A stretch of 64,000 bases of DNA from Octopus sinensis. Lineage: Eukaryota. Made by a program: the position numbers and the translations under genes. This document shows, piece by piece, positions 63,532-64,000 of this stretch; positions within the stretch are counted from its first letter, which is position 1, and each line of letters starts with the position of its first letter. The stretch spans positions 19,654,001 through 19,718,000 of the forward strand of contig NC_043021.1 in assembly GCF_006345805.1 (NCBI RefSeq). Reading direction: 5' to 3'. A model generated the notes under the pieces. The model saw nothing but the letters and a program-made list of their open reading frames with translations, was not told the origin of the DNA and ran no database searches.

Positions 63532-64000
63532 AAGGCTCAGGGACATGAAGGGCATCCTACCGTTGAAAATCTGCTTCTCTCCAACCCATGCCAGCATCAA
63601 AAAGTGGATCTGTTGATGATGATTCAACATTCAGTAACCGCTTGAAGTGTCTTGATGGTGTATTATAGCAAAGATGGGAGTCGGAAAGGAAATTGAACCT
63701 TTAACCCTCCAACATTCAGATTTCTTTGTCAAATGTAACGCAAATTTATTCACATTGTTTTGAATCAATCATGCATTATCTCGTGGCTTTGAGGTTTCAA
63801 TGTTATTTTCAATGTTTATATTTAAAATGACATTGTAGGGTAGGTGTGAGAGGCCAGATGTGGCTTAACTTGAAGCTAAAAAAGAATATTTTGACTGGAC
63901 ATGGCTAGTTTAAATGCCAAAGGGCCTAAATTCAAACAGCAGGTCAGTCTCACAGATACTTGCTTCAGTCATTTGACTGCGGCCATGCTGGAGCACCACC

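Overview
AT-rich eukaryotic genomic DNA, most likely Octopus (inferred from the repeat families; not verified). The whole window appears to lie inside one minus-strand gene, BAZ1A/ACF1. I reconstructed 16 coding exons with GT-AG boundaries and mutually consistent phases, covering WAC, DDT, WHIM1 and WHIM2/3; the first coding exon was not found and the PHD/bromodomain exons lie beyond position 1. The introns hold three abundant SINE-like families, a frameshifted RTE-clade LINE with an adjacent ORF-less derivative, CR1 and Penelope remnants, piggyBac-, hAT- and Merlin-like MITEs, minisatellites and long hairpins. The most unusual signal is a set of hammerhead ribozyme (HHR) motifs. Two ~176-bp direct repeats, each with a type I HHR fold on the pre-mRNA strand, bracket a 96-nt in-frame BAZ1A exon 734 nt apart. 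A separate palindromic element carries an HHR on one strand and an 11-fold tandem array of the HHR core on the other. Ribozyme activity is a prediction from motifs folded by eye. Repeat coordinates are approximate unless a TSD is given.
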